Below, in pieces: positions 37,175 to 50,500 of a stretch of 64,000 nucleotides of DNA. Origin of the DNA: Takakia lepidozioides (Eukaryota; Plantae; Bryophyta); NCBI GenBank assembly GCA_030704615.1, contig CM060731.1:48236001-48300000 (forward strand). The letters run 5' to 3'. The translations under genes and the position numbers were made by a program. The notes beneath the pieces are model-generated. The model was not told the origin of the DNA, ran no database searches, and saw nothing but the letters and a program-made list of their open reading frames with translations. Positions within the stretch are counted from its first letter, which is position 1. The number at the start of each line of letters is the position of its first letter.

Positions 37175-39375
37175 TGCAATGGGAGTTGTGAATTGAGCAA
37201 TGGGATCAACAGCTGTTGCTTTATACTCCCCCCCCGTGAAATCTGCTGGTAATTGCCAGTAGTTCAAACATTAAGTCAAGCCAAGAAATCCTTGCACCCC
37301 ACTTCAACTATGGTTTAAAGAGCTTTTGAATGAGAGGCAGAATCTCCAGACAGGTTCCGTCTGATTTCCAGAAGAAAAGGTGGAGGGCTGCAAGGATGTG
37401 AGGATGCAGAAATGACTGTCATATCCTATGAAGTAGAGAGAAGGGAGATATTACCTCCAAAGGCTGCAAAAGCAGTGACTGATCCTGTGAGGAACTTCAC
37501 CTTCTTGGGCTCAATACGCACCAGCCTAAAGTCGCCAAAGTCCACCTTCCAACCAGCAAGCAAGAATGTAATATAATCTTAGATGCCTAGACATTTATCA
37601 TGCACACTGACTACGACCCCGACACCTCCTCCCTCCTGCAGTGCACCAACACTTTACCTAGAATGCATTTGAGGGAATGGCATTTGATGACTACTATAAT
37701 GATGCTCAGGTAGATGACAATAAAGCCAACATCCACAGAACAAGACTAAAGCCACAAAAAGTTCGTATGACTGGTTGTTTGGTACAACAATAGCTCCCCA
37801 GGACCCTCTTGCCTCACCATTTTGTTTATGTTTCAGGTGCGTGGTGAGCTTTGCAAGCAAAGGCCACAGGGGAGTAGTACCCAATCTCCTTTTACCACCT
37901 ACTTGTTAGTTTTGGGCCCAGCATAGATAAACAAACCCATCGCCAAATGACAGTGTGCATGGGCATATATAAAAGTGAAGAGCGGAAGGATAAGGAAAGA
38001 CAAGCTCTACCCAGAAAGCATCTGGATGTCTTTTCATGTAAGCAGCTCGCACAGCAGCCCAGTCTTGTTCAGATACCTGTCCACAGCTTTCAATGTTATG
38101 CCTGCCCTCTGACACGTTCACCACTGATTCAACAAATGTACTCACTTTGACTACTAAGTTGTATGGATACTAATCACATGCACAAAAAGTCCTCCAAAAA
38201 CATTGTTCAATCTGGTAATGCCAAGTTCAAATACAATCGAAACAGGGGGGCACCCAGATTTCAGCTCCGACATGCATGGAAAACCAACAATGGAAAAGGC
38301 TTACTGTTTCTGCTTCACCAATGATGGTAACAATGGTGTCACTTTTATCCAATGGATCCCTAGGCACAAGCAAGGAGCATTTACCTCCAAATCCTGCCAC
38401 CACAGAACCACCCATGATCAGTTTTTTCACATACAAGGCCTATCTGGTGATCATCCACAGGTATTTCTTAGAAGAAGGCTTGGTAAGTCAGTTCTGCAAG
38501 GAGTTAAGAAAAACCTTGTGTGGGGCTAATTGCATTTCTCAAACTCATCATAGCTGTTAAAGATCAGAAACAGAACATTCAGGGGGGAAAAGGGAGTTGT
38601 GTTGACCTTGGTATGAGGGGACAAAGAGCTGATTGCAAGAATAGGACGCCCCTGCTTGTCGGCCGCAAAAGCAACCATGGACCCCACAGGGTACCCATCA
38701 TACTTCTACACCCATGCATCCACCCGCTGCCTGTCACTTCAGACTAACTCAGATGATCACTCAGTTTAAGATCCAATGACAGATTCATCTCACTACAATG
38801 ACTTAATGACACATTAAGGTGTTTCCCATCTAGTCAATAGTATGTACCACCTTTGTAGTGCAGCAAATCGTCAGAAGGTTGCAACTAATTCATACACCCC
38901 TTCCCCCATCTCTCTCTCTCTGCATGTTATGTAGTTTCTTTCTCTCTTTAAGAGATTATGCCTTCTGCTATCGGAGCCACATTGCTTAGAGTCTTGCATG
39001 AGGCACTCCATTTGCGTGTGACATTTGGGGTTAGATTTGTTCGTTGGTTTCAGTGGGTTCTACTGTGTCCTTCTGGCAGTCCAATGGACATAATACATTT
39101 CCTTCTTTCATCATGTCCCCCCCAGCCCACACACTCTAACAACAAAGCTGGCAAACAAAGTGTGCTGAGTATGTCAACTAGAGCAAGACTCCCCGTCTAA
39201 AGTATCCCTTATATTATAGAAACCATCCTAACTTAAGGCAAGGTAGTTAGACAACCTGAGACTGAACTAGAAAGCTTTACACACCTCAGATATGGTGGAA
39301 AGCGTGCCACTTAAGCTGCGATCCAAGATTGTGTGCGCTTCCTCCACATGCGTTAATCTTGCTGCCCCTTTCTGC
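37175..39375 (-). pseudogene. HOZ: HugZ-like heme-binding/pyridoxamine 5'-phosphate oxidase family gene (HOZ/At3g03890-like), 5' and middle exons; frameshifted
   Basis: Exons ~39375-39285 (AARLTHVEEAHTILDRSLSGTLSTISE), 38705-38607 (KYDGYPVGSMV..SPHTK), 38393-38305 (frameshift before KCSLLVPRDP), 38076-38011 (AAVRAAYMKRHPDAFW), 37545-37455 (VDFGDFRLVRIEPK), 37242-37175 (EYKATAVDPIAQF). Confidence 0.8.
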
Positions 39376-39474
39376 AGGTCATGCACCACACAAGTGAAGG
39401 AATATCAGGTCCTTGACCATGCAACATATTCTAAAACTCAAATTCCATTTGGAGACTTACAGGGGGAGTCTTAG

Positions 39475-39903
39475 AGGATGTACTCATGAGATGTTGTTAG
39501 ACGTAGCCTTGTGGCCATAGACCCCGCGCTCAGTTTGGGTGGATCATGAGGGAACAGACACTACCTTTGTGAGGGGCTCTCTTTGAAAGTGGGACTTACT
39601 TTGGTTTAAACAAGTAGTTTTGGCTTTCCAGATATCCTCCACACAAGCATCAAATTGCTGTGTGTGAGCTGCCCAGCAATTAGACCCCAACAGGGCCCAG
39701 GGGTTTAGGCTCAGCCTCGAGATTTTCAAAGTTAGTGAAGAGAGAGAGAGAGAGAGAGAGAATGTACTCATAAGACGTTGTTTGCCGTAGCCTTGTGGCC
39801 ATTGACCCCGCGCTCAGTTTGAGCAGAACACAAAGGGACAGAACCTACCTCTGTCAGGGGCTGACGTCGGTAGCAAGAATTACCTTGATATAGAACATTG
39901 ATC

Positions 39904-39962
<59 letters not shown>

Positions 39963-40030
39963 TACTCATAAGACGTTGTTTGCCACGCCTTGTGCCATTG
40001 ACCCTGCGCTCAGTTTGAGCGGAACAATGG
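39475..40030 (-). mobile_element. Three stacked 5'-truncated RTEX-like LINE 3' ends separated by (GA)n
   Basis: Each begins (on +) with atgtactcat(a/g)aga; (GA)n at ~39739-39760 and 39906-39958. Confidence 0.85.
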
Positions 40031-40389
40031 TAAATGGGAAAACCTGCAATGGGAGGATCGCCTATCCCCACTTGCACTGGGCGCAACCAGGAAATCGAAA
40101 CTGAAGAACACTTCTTCTTTTATTGCCCTCTATACTATGAGACCTGTGGGAGATTCAACTGTCTATTACGTGATCCAATCTCTCACTGAAGTCTTCCATT
40201 ATGAGGATCAGAAATTCTTGGCAGCTTATCAACATGAGGCCTTGGACCTTAGGCAATCCCTTGAGCAGTAGTTGCTTCTGGGCTGCTTTTGGCTGTGGTT
40301 TTGTCTCTTCTTTCTTGTTTTTCCCTTTTGTCCCATAAGCTCTTTGAGCTTTCCACGGATGTTATAAAGTACCATTTCATTCATTTCAT

Positions 40390-40724
40390 TTGTCAGGGGC
40401 TGACGCTGGTAGTATGACTTGCCTTGAAACAAACAATTGATCCGAGTTTCCAGATATCCTCTAGAAATCCGTTCACACAAACATCAATCTGCTGTGTGTG
40501 ATTTGCCCAATAACTAGACCCCAAAAGGGCCTCAAGATTTTCAAAGTTGGCAAGCAGAGGTACAGGAACAATTTCCTTGATTGATTCGAATGGGGTGTCT
40601 CTCTGGTGAGAGTACCCAGGTTGCCCCCGCAACGGGCATTTGCAATCCCCCTTTCCTCTCTGTGTCTGCTTGCTCTTCAAAGGTAGGCTTCCCGCCCTGA
40701 GTTTAATATTCAGTCTAGTGCCGA

Positions 40725-40760
<36 letters not shown>
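40390..40760 (-). mobile_element. RTEX-like LINE fragment whose 5' truncation point abuts (GA)n
   Basis: Reverse match to ~49530-49920 with deletions; ctagtgccgagggt followed by (GA)n. Confidence 0.8.
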
Positions 40761-41485
40761 GAGCTAGTGAGAGAGGAAAAAAGAGACAGACAGTACTTTG
40801 TGGGCTTGTATCTGCTCCCAGTACTTGGTTTCTTCATCCACCTTCTCACTCGGCATCCACACCAAGCCACATTGAACTCCGGCCTATTGTGCATTACTCC
40901 AGCTGCACTCTTAACGTTTTGAAAGGCACCCATATTTCTTGAAGCTTTGTTGAAGAACTCAAAGACCATCAGTGATTTGTGAAGTCCTTGTATAGTTACA
41001 GCTTATAGACTACTTACTACGGATTTACTAAACTAGCATTGCACCATGGCCCTTTCCATGTGTGCCTCTACCCTTCGTCCTTGAGTCACACAAATTCTTT
41101 ATTTTTCTGCGAAAATGCACAACTTTCACTGTGGCTCTGCACTTCAGACCATACTCCGCATGGAGTGGCGATATGCTGAGTTATGGTCAAGATTGCCAGG
41201 ACTTCAGTTTTTTTTTTTTCTTCCCCCAAGTCACTTAGAAGAAAAGTTGTTCCCAGCAACTTTCAACATCATCCAATTCACAAGACTATGTTTATCCGTA
41301 GCTTACATTATCATGAAAACAAGAGCCTCTGCATTCTGGAGTTTAACTGAATTCAAATATGAGCACTGGAGAGATACTATCCAGAGATGATGCAAACAAG
41401 CATAATCGTGATCCTATCCTTTCGAACACTATGAAACATTCCATGATGGTGTAGAGTGGAATTTGAGGGTGTCCAAAGTCATAAC

Positions 41486-41700
41486 CAGTGTTGTGCAGGT
41501 TCTGCCTTTTTAAGGAACCCGCCGGGTCCGGGTTCGGGTTTTTCTTTGGAGCCAAGTCCGGGTCCGGATCTGGGTTTTTGAAATTTGGAAAATCCGGGTC
41601 CTGGTTCGGGTCCGGGTTTGTCAACATGGACTCGGGTTAGGGTCCGGGTAGTTGTTGGGAAATATTAGCGGGTTCACGGGTTCGGATCCGGGTCCTAGTT
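41486..41700 (+). mobile_element. hAT-like transposon end with CCGGGT subterminal repeats
   Basis: Starts cagtgttg; many ccgggtc/tcgggtt motifs; partner end not found in window. Confidence 0.55.
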
Positions 41701-42501
41701 AATTGATTAAATAAATTAGAAAAATAAGATTAATTAGGGATAAAATTATTTTTGGCTGGAAAAAATTCAAACCTAATAATGAATTTTATTTTAAGAGAAA
41801 ATATACCATGAATATGTATTGCTCATTCAACACAAGAATTAAAATAGAAGTTTGAGTTCCATTTTCTATTTTTTAATATCAATTCTTTAAACATGTTAAG
41901 AATAGTAATATGCCTCAAGGATAGATCATTATAGCATGGATGTGTAGGATCTGGCCTAATAATAATATAAGACGCCTCCTTGGGGAGGTGTAAATTATGG
42001 TGTGCAGCGGGAGAAGGTAATTCTTCTGTGTTGATTATCGAATTGTGCTCTTTCCTCTCAACTTGGAATTTCTTTTCTGAATGGAGTTTCTGATTGTGGT
42101 TGATGCTTGTAGATGGATAGTATGTGCTTATGTGAGACGTGTTTTGGTTAATTCTTTTCCCTGGGGGAGCTTATAGATATGTGTGTCTCCTTTCAACTCA
42201 CGGAGTAATGTCTTCATGGATACTTTCTGGACAATTCGTCTTTGCTTTTTTGAGATCTTCCGATTCGCTTCCGTCAATTTGTAGGTTTCATTGCATGATT
42301 TCTGTGAGATAGTTTATATCTGTGGGAATCGGATCTACATAGGTTGGTTTTCCACACTGTTTCCCTTCCACAGAAACTTTTGGAGTAGGAGGGCTGACAC
42401 CTGGATTTTTTAGTGTGCACAAAGTGCTGATATATGTACAATCAATCGAAGGGATGGGTACAGTTATGTGCGAGAATTATTATGTAGCTTTGATTACGTG
42501 T

Positions 42502-43752
42502 CTAATCGACTTGAACATCATCATCCGGAGCTTCTTCGTCCTCATCAAGCTGCAAGTTTTCTTGCTCATCAGAATCATTGTCATAAATGGCATGGTCACC
42601 AAAAAACACATCTGAATCATCTTCCACCTCGGTTTCAATGACCATGTCTTCATCTTCTTCTCCAACATCCGCATCTGATGGAGCCTCATCGTATAGGGTC
42701 CGGGATGCATTGTCCGGGGCGTCATCATTATCTTGTACCCCCTCTATCCACCCTCGGCCAACATCAGTGTCATCATTACTAGTCTCTTCCTCCTCCGCAT
42801 TTGCCTCGCCCCATGTAGATCCCCGACCATGATAGATACGTCTTCCTCTTGGCTGAGCATGCACAACCACCTTCCAATTTCCTGATCCGGAGAAGAAAAC
42901 TTGTTCAATGTCTGAAGGCCATGAAAAAGGCTCATAAATAGACTCGAGCCTATCTGTATTGACGCGCATGAAACCACACTCGTCTTCCACTATTGTTGCG
43001 GATGGCCCCACAAGATGTGGCTGGAACCACCTTGCCTTGAAGATAAGAGGCCGGTGCCTTGTATACTGAAGTTGGAGTATGCTCTCAAACTCTCCAAAGT
43101 AGTTGAGTGTGCTCATGGTAGGTCGTGTATCTCCCCTGCCCCACATGAAGTCTTGCCAATATGAGGCACACAAGCCAAAATCAAACGTTGTTTTGCGCTT
43201 CATGTCAAGAGCACGAATGCGGAAATGACGACCATGAACCCAAATCGCCGTATATGAGGTCGCAAATTGAGAGGGACCCCTTGCAATGTCTTGCACCAAA
43301 TCTGAAACCACCTCACTTTTCGCAATGTTATCCTCTACTTCAGTCCAAAAGTCAATGGCAGAATGAACTTAGAGGCTGCAATTCCATGGGCAATTCTTGT
43401 GAAGGCACATTCCTACGCCGGCCCCTTGCTCGCGGAGCGCGTGTAGTCGCCCTTGCATGATTCTGCCTCCACGCAACCGTCTCCTCCTGTCGTTGCTGAA
43501 CAAGGTTATTGTATCTTGCCTCCCACTCATGTATGGATGGGATGTTCTTCAGTATGAACTCATGCGCTTGGTTAATCGCCATGATGGGTAATTTTACCCT
43601 CTTTGAATTTTTGGGCAAAATGATGTCCTTGGTTCGTACATCCTCATCTTCCTTCCACATCGGAGGGGCTTCCTTATCCACCCTTGCCAAGTACTCAATG
43701 CAGTAGAACATAGCCTCTTGCAATGTATACCCCTCCGCCATACTACCCTGCC
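42502..43752 (-). pseudogene. CACTA/En-Spm Tnp2 transposase C-terminal fragment (DUF4218/DUF4216 region)
   Basis: GSMAEGYTLQEAMFYCIEYL, IARGP, YFGEFESILQLQY, FKARWF, DECGFMRVN, EPFSWPSDIEQVFF, WKVVVHAQPR, acidic tail. Confidence 0.85.
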
Positions 43753-43772
43753 ATGCGCATGTGTAGGTGGCC

Positions 43773-44391
43773 ATGGCGAATGAAGAGGAGTATCTGGCAC
43801 TCATTTCAGAAGATACCCCAGAGCGGAGGGCGACAAGGCTGAAATGCCGTCTCGCAGAGTTGGAGCATAGGAGCAACGTCCATACGAAGTTGTTCTTTGG
43901 CTTTCTCGAACGTGATGTGGTGATGGTTGCAGGGGAGATTCTGAAGTGGTCTGTGAAGAAATGTGGGGAGACTGATGGAGAAGCGCGCCATTTGTTTGAT
44001 ACAAGCCCGGATGTGCAGCGCATGGTATTGATAAGTTGTTATTTTCTCAAATTTAAAGTAATCTCCTATGTTTTGATTGAATATTCTTGTATCTTTGATT
44101 TTGTTTCATTTATGTTCTATTTTGTAGCTTGGTTGCCGTGCCTATGGAGAATTTGGCTCCAATCCAGATAAGCGTGGTGTGGAGGCATTCAAGGCTTTGT
44201 CACATGTTGTCGTCAAAGCAAGAAATGACACTGCTCATTTCCAAGACCTTCAAGCTTTGGATGCAATTGTGAGGAGCTGCACTGTTGCGATTTCAGAGTG
44301 GCCTCAGCTTGAAGCCAAGTACCCAATGCAAGTGAAGATCATTTTGAAGTATAAGGAGTCTAAGAGACTCTTACCGGATTGCTTCCAGTGA
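43773..44391 (+). CDS. Small (~171 aa) two-exon protein with HEPN-like RNxxxH motif
   Basis: Exon 43773-44024, phase-0 GT-AG AT-rich intron 44025-44127, exon 44128-44391 give an open frame containing VVKARNDTAHF. Confidence 0.6.
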
Positions 44392-47300
44392 ACTCCAGCA
44401 GTCTGGTATTTCAAGTGCCTTTTGATTGCAGCAATTGATTTGGATGGGGGATGGTATTGAGAGGCTCTCTATACCTTGATCTTTTTTGTTTTTGCAACCA
44501 ACTCTTATGTGTTGGGTAGTAGGTACATTGTGATGGGCTTTCTAGAATACAAACATTCTATTGAAGCTCTCGGGATTTTGACATGGTTAAGGGTCAGTGG
44601 TTTCTTTAGCATGCTTAAAAAACCATGTTGACTGTTTAGACAGATCTGTCTGTGCTGGTTTAGCTTAGAGATTACCAAGCAATGCAGCTGAAGGGCTTTT
44701 TAGCACACACATTCTTTTAAAGCTCTTGGACTCACTCATGGAGTTTAAGGGTTTCTTAGAACACACACTTTCTTTTAAAAGCTCTTGAACTCACTCATGG
44801 AGTTTAAAACAGGCCTGTCTATGTTGTTTCAGATTAGAAGTTACTAAGCAGAACTTTTGAAAGGTTTTTTCAGAGTGGTGGTAATGTGGAATTGGCAGTT
44901 GGGGGTGGCATTCAAGAGCTCTCACTGAGGCTGACATTAGATATTGATAGCTGTGGGCATATTACGTGGTGGCATTTTGTGGATTTTTGAGGTGAAGTGA
45001 GTGGTGGGAATTTTATGCTATGAATAGGGTGTGAACACAGCATCTATGTGAAGGAGATGGGCTTTGACAAGAGGTTGAGAGGGCAGACCCATGTAAACGG
45101 AGTAAGAGTGAGACCAAAAAAAATTATGTGATGGCTGGGGACATGGGGGTTGGATTGGTTGGGGAATTTGCTGTGTGGTAACATATAGGTCATGGGCTTG
45201 GGAGGTAGCAATGGATTTTGCCATAGCAGGTTGGGGTATCGAGTGATTACAAGCAGTTTGTCATGCCAGGGAATAGATTAATCTGAAATTCGAGTGGGGA
45301 GTAGGGGTTGGCAACATTGGGAAAATTGGGGGTGGCTATGTTGGTATGGATGTGGGCCCTGTTAGTCAGACATAGAGAGTGTGTGTGTGCGGGCCACAGC
45401 ATGTACCAAGATAAGGTTATGGAGGGTCTGAAGCAATTAGAGTAGCCGCCAGCGAGCAGGGGTGTGAGGGCAAACGAGATTGTGAAGAACATGCTGTTGG
45501 GGGTAGGATATGTTGGGGCAACACAAGATGACATTTGCTGTTGCAGTATGGGGTGGGGAGATTTGGGTCTGTGAATGTGTACGGGAAGCAATGCGAAATG
45601 TGTGGTGCTGCACAGGTGTTTATGAGTGATGACAGAGTCAACATATGTGCTAGAATCTGTGCCAGGGGTGCAGGCTGAAGAAACACAAACAAGGGTAGAA
45701 GGTGAAGATCCGGTTAATGAATTCTTATCATTAGTACAGGGAGATGGTGAGGGCAACATATGCCATTCTTTCCCTACAAGACACAGCTTTTTGTAATTAA
45801 ACTGTTAGAGTGGAACGCTTCAATTTTATGTACATGTAGTGAGAATCCAGCTTATTACATTGTTTGGAAACCTGGAGGCTATGGCTTCATGCACTTCTCC
45901 CTTTTTTTTCCTTGGGTTGAGAACTGACGGCATGTGAGTGAAATCATAATCGTTTGTTTCATTGTAGATGGGACGCTGCCTGGTGTAGACTGCCAAAGCT
46001 AATTACAATACTTGCACCAGGCCAATACAGTGAGTCTGAGGGATCTAGACTGTGGATCCCCCGACATTTATAGTTTCCACATAATCAAGCTTCTCTTGAT
46101 GAAGCGGGCAATCCAGCGATTTCAGTTCACCCCTCGCTACCGTTTTTTCATGTAGCCCACAAACATCAAATCCAAACATGGCTGAATAAGTCCAGTGGAA
46201 CTAAGAGGGTAAGTGCTGCAAGCCACTGCATCTGAGCCAATGCAGCCTATAGATACTACAGCCTGGGAATTCCTCAAAATGTAACTAAATTTGTTATTCA
46301 CTTTGTGCCCAGCTTGTGACACACACAATGGAAGAAAATTCAAATTGCGGTGCAGAAAGAGAGGACGAGCAGTCGGTGCAAAGTATCAAAGGCACGTGAA
46401 CTTAAGACTGCCAGCGGTTGCCCATCCAGTGGTGTGGCAGTGTAAGGGGACATATATGTCAGGACCATGAGAGAGAAACGCGAGGTCGAACCCTCCTAAA
46501 AACAAAAAACTACTATATGGTGAGCTAATTTGATCCAGGTCGTCTCACTACTTCCTTGAAGTCCTTGTGAAAGTCAACCAACCTTGTTCAAAGGAGAGAA
46601 CTATGCCCAGTATCTTGGGGAAGGAACTCACCTACCTGTTAGCCACTGTAAGCGGGCGGACCTATTTACAGAGTGCTACTTATACAACCTTCATCTATGG
46701 CAAACAAACAAGCAGCTTGATTAAGGATAGTTCGTTTGAGTCTCTCAAAGACACCAACCTGCCTGCTTGAAATGACGAAGACAAGTAGTTTCCCTTGAGT
46801 GGTACTTGAATATGTGAGAGATTGTTACAAGTGCAGGTGAGGTAGGATGGCACTACTCAAAAATACCATCTTACAAAGAAATGTGTAATAGGGCATATAA
46901 AGATTGGGTTGGTACATTAAAACGCCAGCAATGCCAAAGCTGGAAATTTGTCCACACTGCCCTCCAGCTCAAGAACTTGCTGTGTTTGCTGCAAGCTGAG
47001 TCATTTCAACTATTAAGTTCTTCACATCCCTGCAATCCCAACCACCAACCAACCATTGATAAGAATTTGAAGATGAACATAGACCAAAGCCTCAGCAACA
47101 GCCAGACTCCTCTCTTAGCATTTGAACACTCCAACCATTCTGGCATTGCAATGTGGGAGAGTTTGGTGAACATGAACATGTTTCTACAGAATAGGACAAG
47201 ATTCATTCTCACAATCCTCTCTTTACAATTTTCATAACTATTAAGTACCAGCACAACTTCGTTGACTCCTTGAGGCAGGATGAGATGCCATTGCTTGAGA

Positions 47301-47393
47301 TACGGCCACACAGGGGCTTGCAATGACAAGTAAACAGAATACATGCAACTGGAATTTCCAGCCTGTCAGTCTCTCTCTCTCTCTCTCTCCTCT

Positions 47394-50012
47394 TTCCTCC
47401 GTGGCTGACAAGATCATTGGGAGGAAACTAATTGTCTGCGGTAGAGCAGTTAATTGGTGGACTAATGAGATTAAACTCAAGATAGCTGAGAGACGAGCCC
47501 TCTATAAAGAGTGCTGCAATTTGGAAACCAACAGAGAATTGTGGGCGAGGTACTACCAGCTCCGTAAAGATATCAATCAGCTTGTTAGGTCTCAGAAGAA
47601 ATTATACTGGGACAAGTTATACAGTGAAATAAACTCAAACCACCATGGTGGTAATGACAAGAAATTCTGGTTGGCCCTTCAACGTTTGTACAAACCGAAA
47701 AACGGTCAGCAAGTACAAGCGCTGAAGACTACTGAAGGTGCAGTGGTGACTTCATCGGTTGACATTGTCAAAACCTTTGAAACTCACTACAGTATCCTTG
47801 GCAGAACTTCTAGGTCTAACAGTGAGGGGTCTTCTGCTGAATGGAGGGACACAGTTGGAAAAACTGTTCCTATGATTCAAAACAGCCCTGATGAACTGGA
47901 GTATATTTCAATGGCTTATAATGCTCCCATTAGTTCTTCTGAGATTGTGGAAGCAATTGAACATTTAAATGGATATAAAGCTGGTGGACCTGATGGTATT
48001 GTCAACGAGCTTATCAAGCACGGTGGCGATCCCATGATAGAGGCCCTAGTTCTCCTCTTTAACCTTATCTGGAAGACTGAAATGATCCCCTTTCGCTGGC
48101 GACAGGGGGTCATTGTCAATCTATACAAGAAGGGTGACAGAGAAGAACCGGGGAACTACCGTGGCATCACGCTCCTCAATGCTGTTGGCAAGACATTCTG
48201 CAGAGTTATAAGTACTCGTCTCGAGGTTGATCTGGAGTCTAGAGGTTGTTTCCACGAAGGCCAAGCTGGCTTTCGGCGAAACAGGGGCTGTGTGGATCAT
48301 ATCTTCACTCTAAGCCAGATTATCCAGGGAAGGAAAAAAGAAGGGAAACCCACTTATGTCTTTTTCCTGGATGTCAAAAAGGCTTATGACACAGTGTGGA
48401 GAGATGGCCTATGGTTCCGCCTCTGGTCTTGTGGGATCAAGGGAAAGATGTGGAGAGTTGTCCACAACTTGTATGCTCACACCAAAAGCTGTGTCACTGT
48501 TAACGGACAGAAGTCCAACTTCTTTGACATAGACCAAGGTGTAGCTCAAGGATGTACTCTCTCCCCTCTGCTCTTCAATGTTTTCATCAATCAACTCCTC
48601 GAGGATGTGGAAAGTGAGGGATTTGGGTTAAGGGTGGGTGATACCACCATACCAGCCCTTATGTTTGCAGACGACTTTGCAGGCATAGGGGAGACTCCAA
48701 CCAATCTCCAGGAGTTGATTGATTGCGCGAAGAGATACTTTGATCTTTGGGGGCTAGAGGCTAATGTCAGCAAATGTGCAGTGGTAGCATTCAACGACAG
48801 AGGAGAGGGAGGAAGTGATCTTAAGTGACAGTGGGGTAGCCAAGAGATCCCGGTCCTCCCTTCCTACACTTACCTGGGCGTTGAGTTCTCCTCCAATTGT
48901 AATTGGGATGCACATATCCGGAAAGTTGTTCAAACTGGCAAGGGCAAAGCTCGGGTCTCACTAAATTTTTCCACTGCAGAGGGGTCAACTCTGAGGTTAA
49001 GAAAACCATGCTTTGTCGCGTTATTAGACCTGCCTTGGAGTACGGATCTGCTATATGGGTTGATAACTCCAACCAGGCTAAGTCTCTAGAATCCATTCAA
49101 GTGGGGGTGCTTAAGGAGTGCATGTCAGCATGCTCCAAAACAGCCAATGTGGCTGTTCGGGGTGAGTTTGGCATTCCGTCCTTAAGCTCCCGACGAGATG
49201 AATTCAAGGTCAGATGGTGGGGTCAGCTGCAACATATGCCCAACACCAGATATCCTAAATTAATCGACTCCATATCTTGGAAACAGGACCGCCCTGTCAA
49301 ACAGGCTAAGTCCTGGCAGAAGAGAGTAGAAGAGATCCTCAAGGACCTGGACCTGGATCCGCAAGTCTTGACCCTGCTGGATAAATCTGACTTAGAGGCT
49401 GTAGTGTCCTCAGCCATGTCTGTTGCCATGAGATTGTCTGATGAAAATGAAGTTAGGCAGAAAACTTCCCTGAACTTGTTTCCAGTCTGTGACATGGGGG
49501 AGGACATCTTGGATGACCTCAAGGGTCTACCCACTCTCGGCACTAGACTGAAATTTAAACTCAGGGCAGGAAGCCTACCTTTGAACATCAAACAGAAGCA
49601 GAGAGGAAAGGGAGAGTGCAATTGCCCGCTGTGTGGGCGATCTGAAGACAGTATTCATTTTCTGATACACTGTCCGGGGTTCTCTCACCAAAGAGACGCT
49701 CTCTTCAAATCTATTAAGGGAATTGTGCCTGTACCCCTGTTTACCAACTTTGAAAGTCTCGAGGCTGAGCCAAAAGCCCAGGCCCTCCTGAGGCCTAGTT
49801 TTTGGGCAAATCACACACAGCAGATTGATGCTTGTGTGAAGGGATTTCTAGAGGATATCTGGAAAACCCGGATTAATTCTTTATATGGAGGTAAGTCTTA
49901 CTACCAACGTCAGCCCCTGACAGAGGTAGGTTCTGTCCCTTTTGTTCCTGCTCAAACTGGGCGCGGGGTCAATGGCCACAAGGCTACGGCAAACAACGTC
50001 TTATGAGTACAA
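47394..50012 (+). mobile_element. 5'-truncated RTEX-like non-LTR retrotransposon (RT + C-terminal CCHC finger), one stop and one frameshift
   Basis: KAGGPDG, NYRGITLL, QAGFR, FLDVKKAYD, GVAQGCTLSPLLF, LMFADD, YTYLG, RPALEYGSAIW, AVRGEFG, CPLCGRSEDSIHFLIHCP; TSD tctcctct at 47386-47393 and 50013-50020. Confidence 0.88.
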
Positions 50013-50034
50013 TCTCCTCTAGTATCCGTCCCAT

Positions 50035-50500
50035 TACGTTCCGCTCAAACTGGGCGCAGCGTCAATGGCTACAAGGCTAAGGCAAACAACGTCTTATGAG
50101 TACGTTCTGGCTCCTCCCTACCTACCCTTGGCACTAGACTGAAATTTAAACTCAGGGAGGAAAGCCCACATTCGAAAAATAAACAGATGCAGACAGGAAG
50201 AGGAGATTGTACTTGCCCTATGTGCGGGCAGCCTGAAGACAAGATCCAATTTCTGATACATTGTCCAGGACAATCTCACCAGAGAGTGACCCTATTGAGG
50301 AACATCAAGAACATATAGTGTTGGTGCTTGTGTGAAGGGATTTCTAGAGGATATCTGGAAAATCCTAGTTCACTACAGGAGTAAGCCCCTCACAAAGGTA
50401 GTATCTGCTCCCTTTTGTTCCGCCCAAACTGGGTGCTGGATCTGTGGCCACAAGGCTACGGCAACCAACATCTTCGGAGTACATGCTCTCTCTCTCTCTG
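50035..50500 (+). mobile_element. Further RTEX-like 3' fragments, last one ending in (CT)n
   Basis: Partial repeats of 49530-50012; gagtacatgctctctctctctct at ~50478-50499. Confidence 0.8.

Noticed and set aside
46415-46510. Possible second tRNA-derived SINE
   Set aside because: Only a weak B-box-like ggtcgaaccc and A-rich tail
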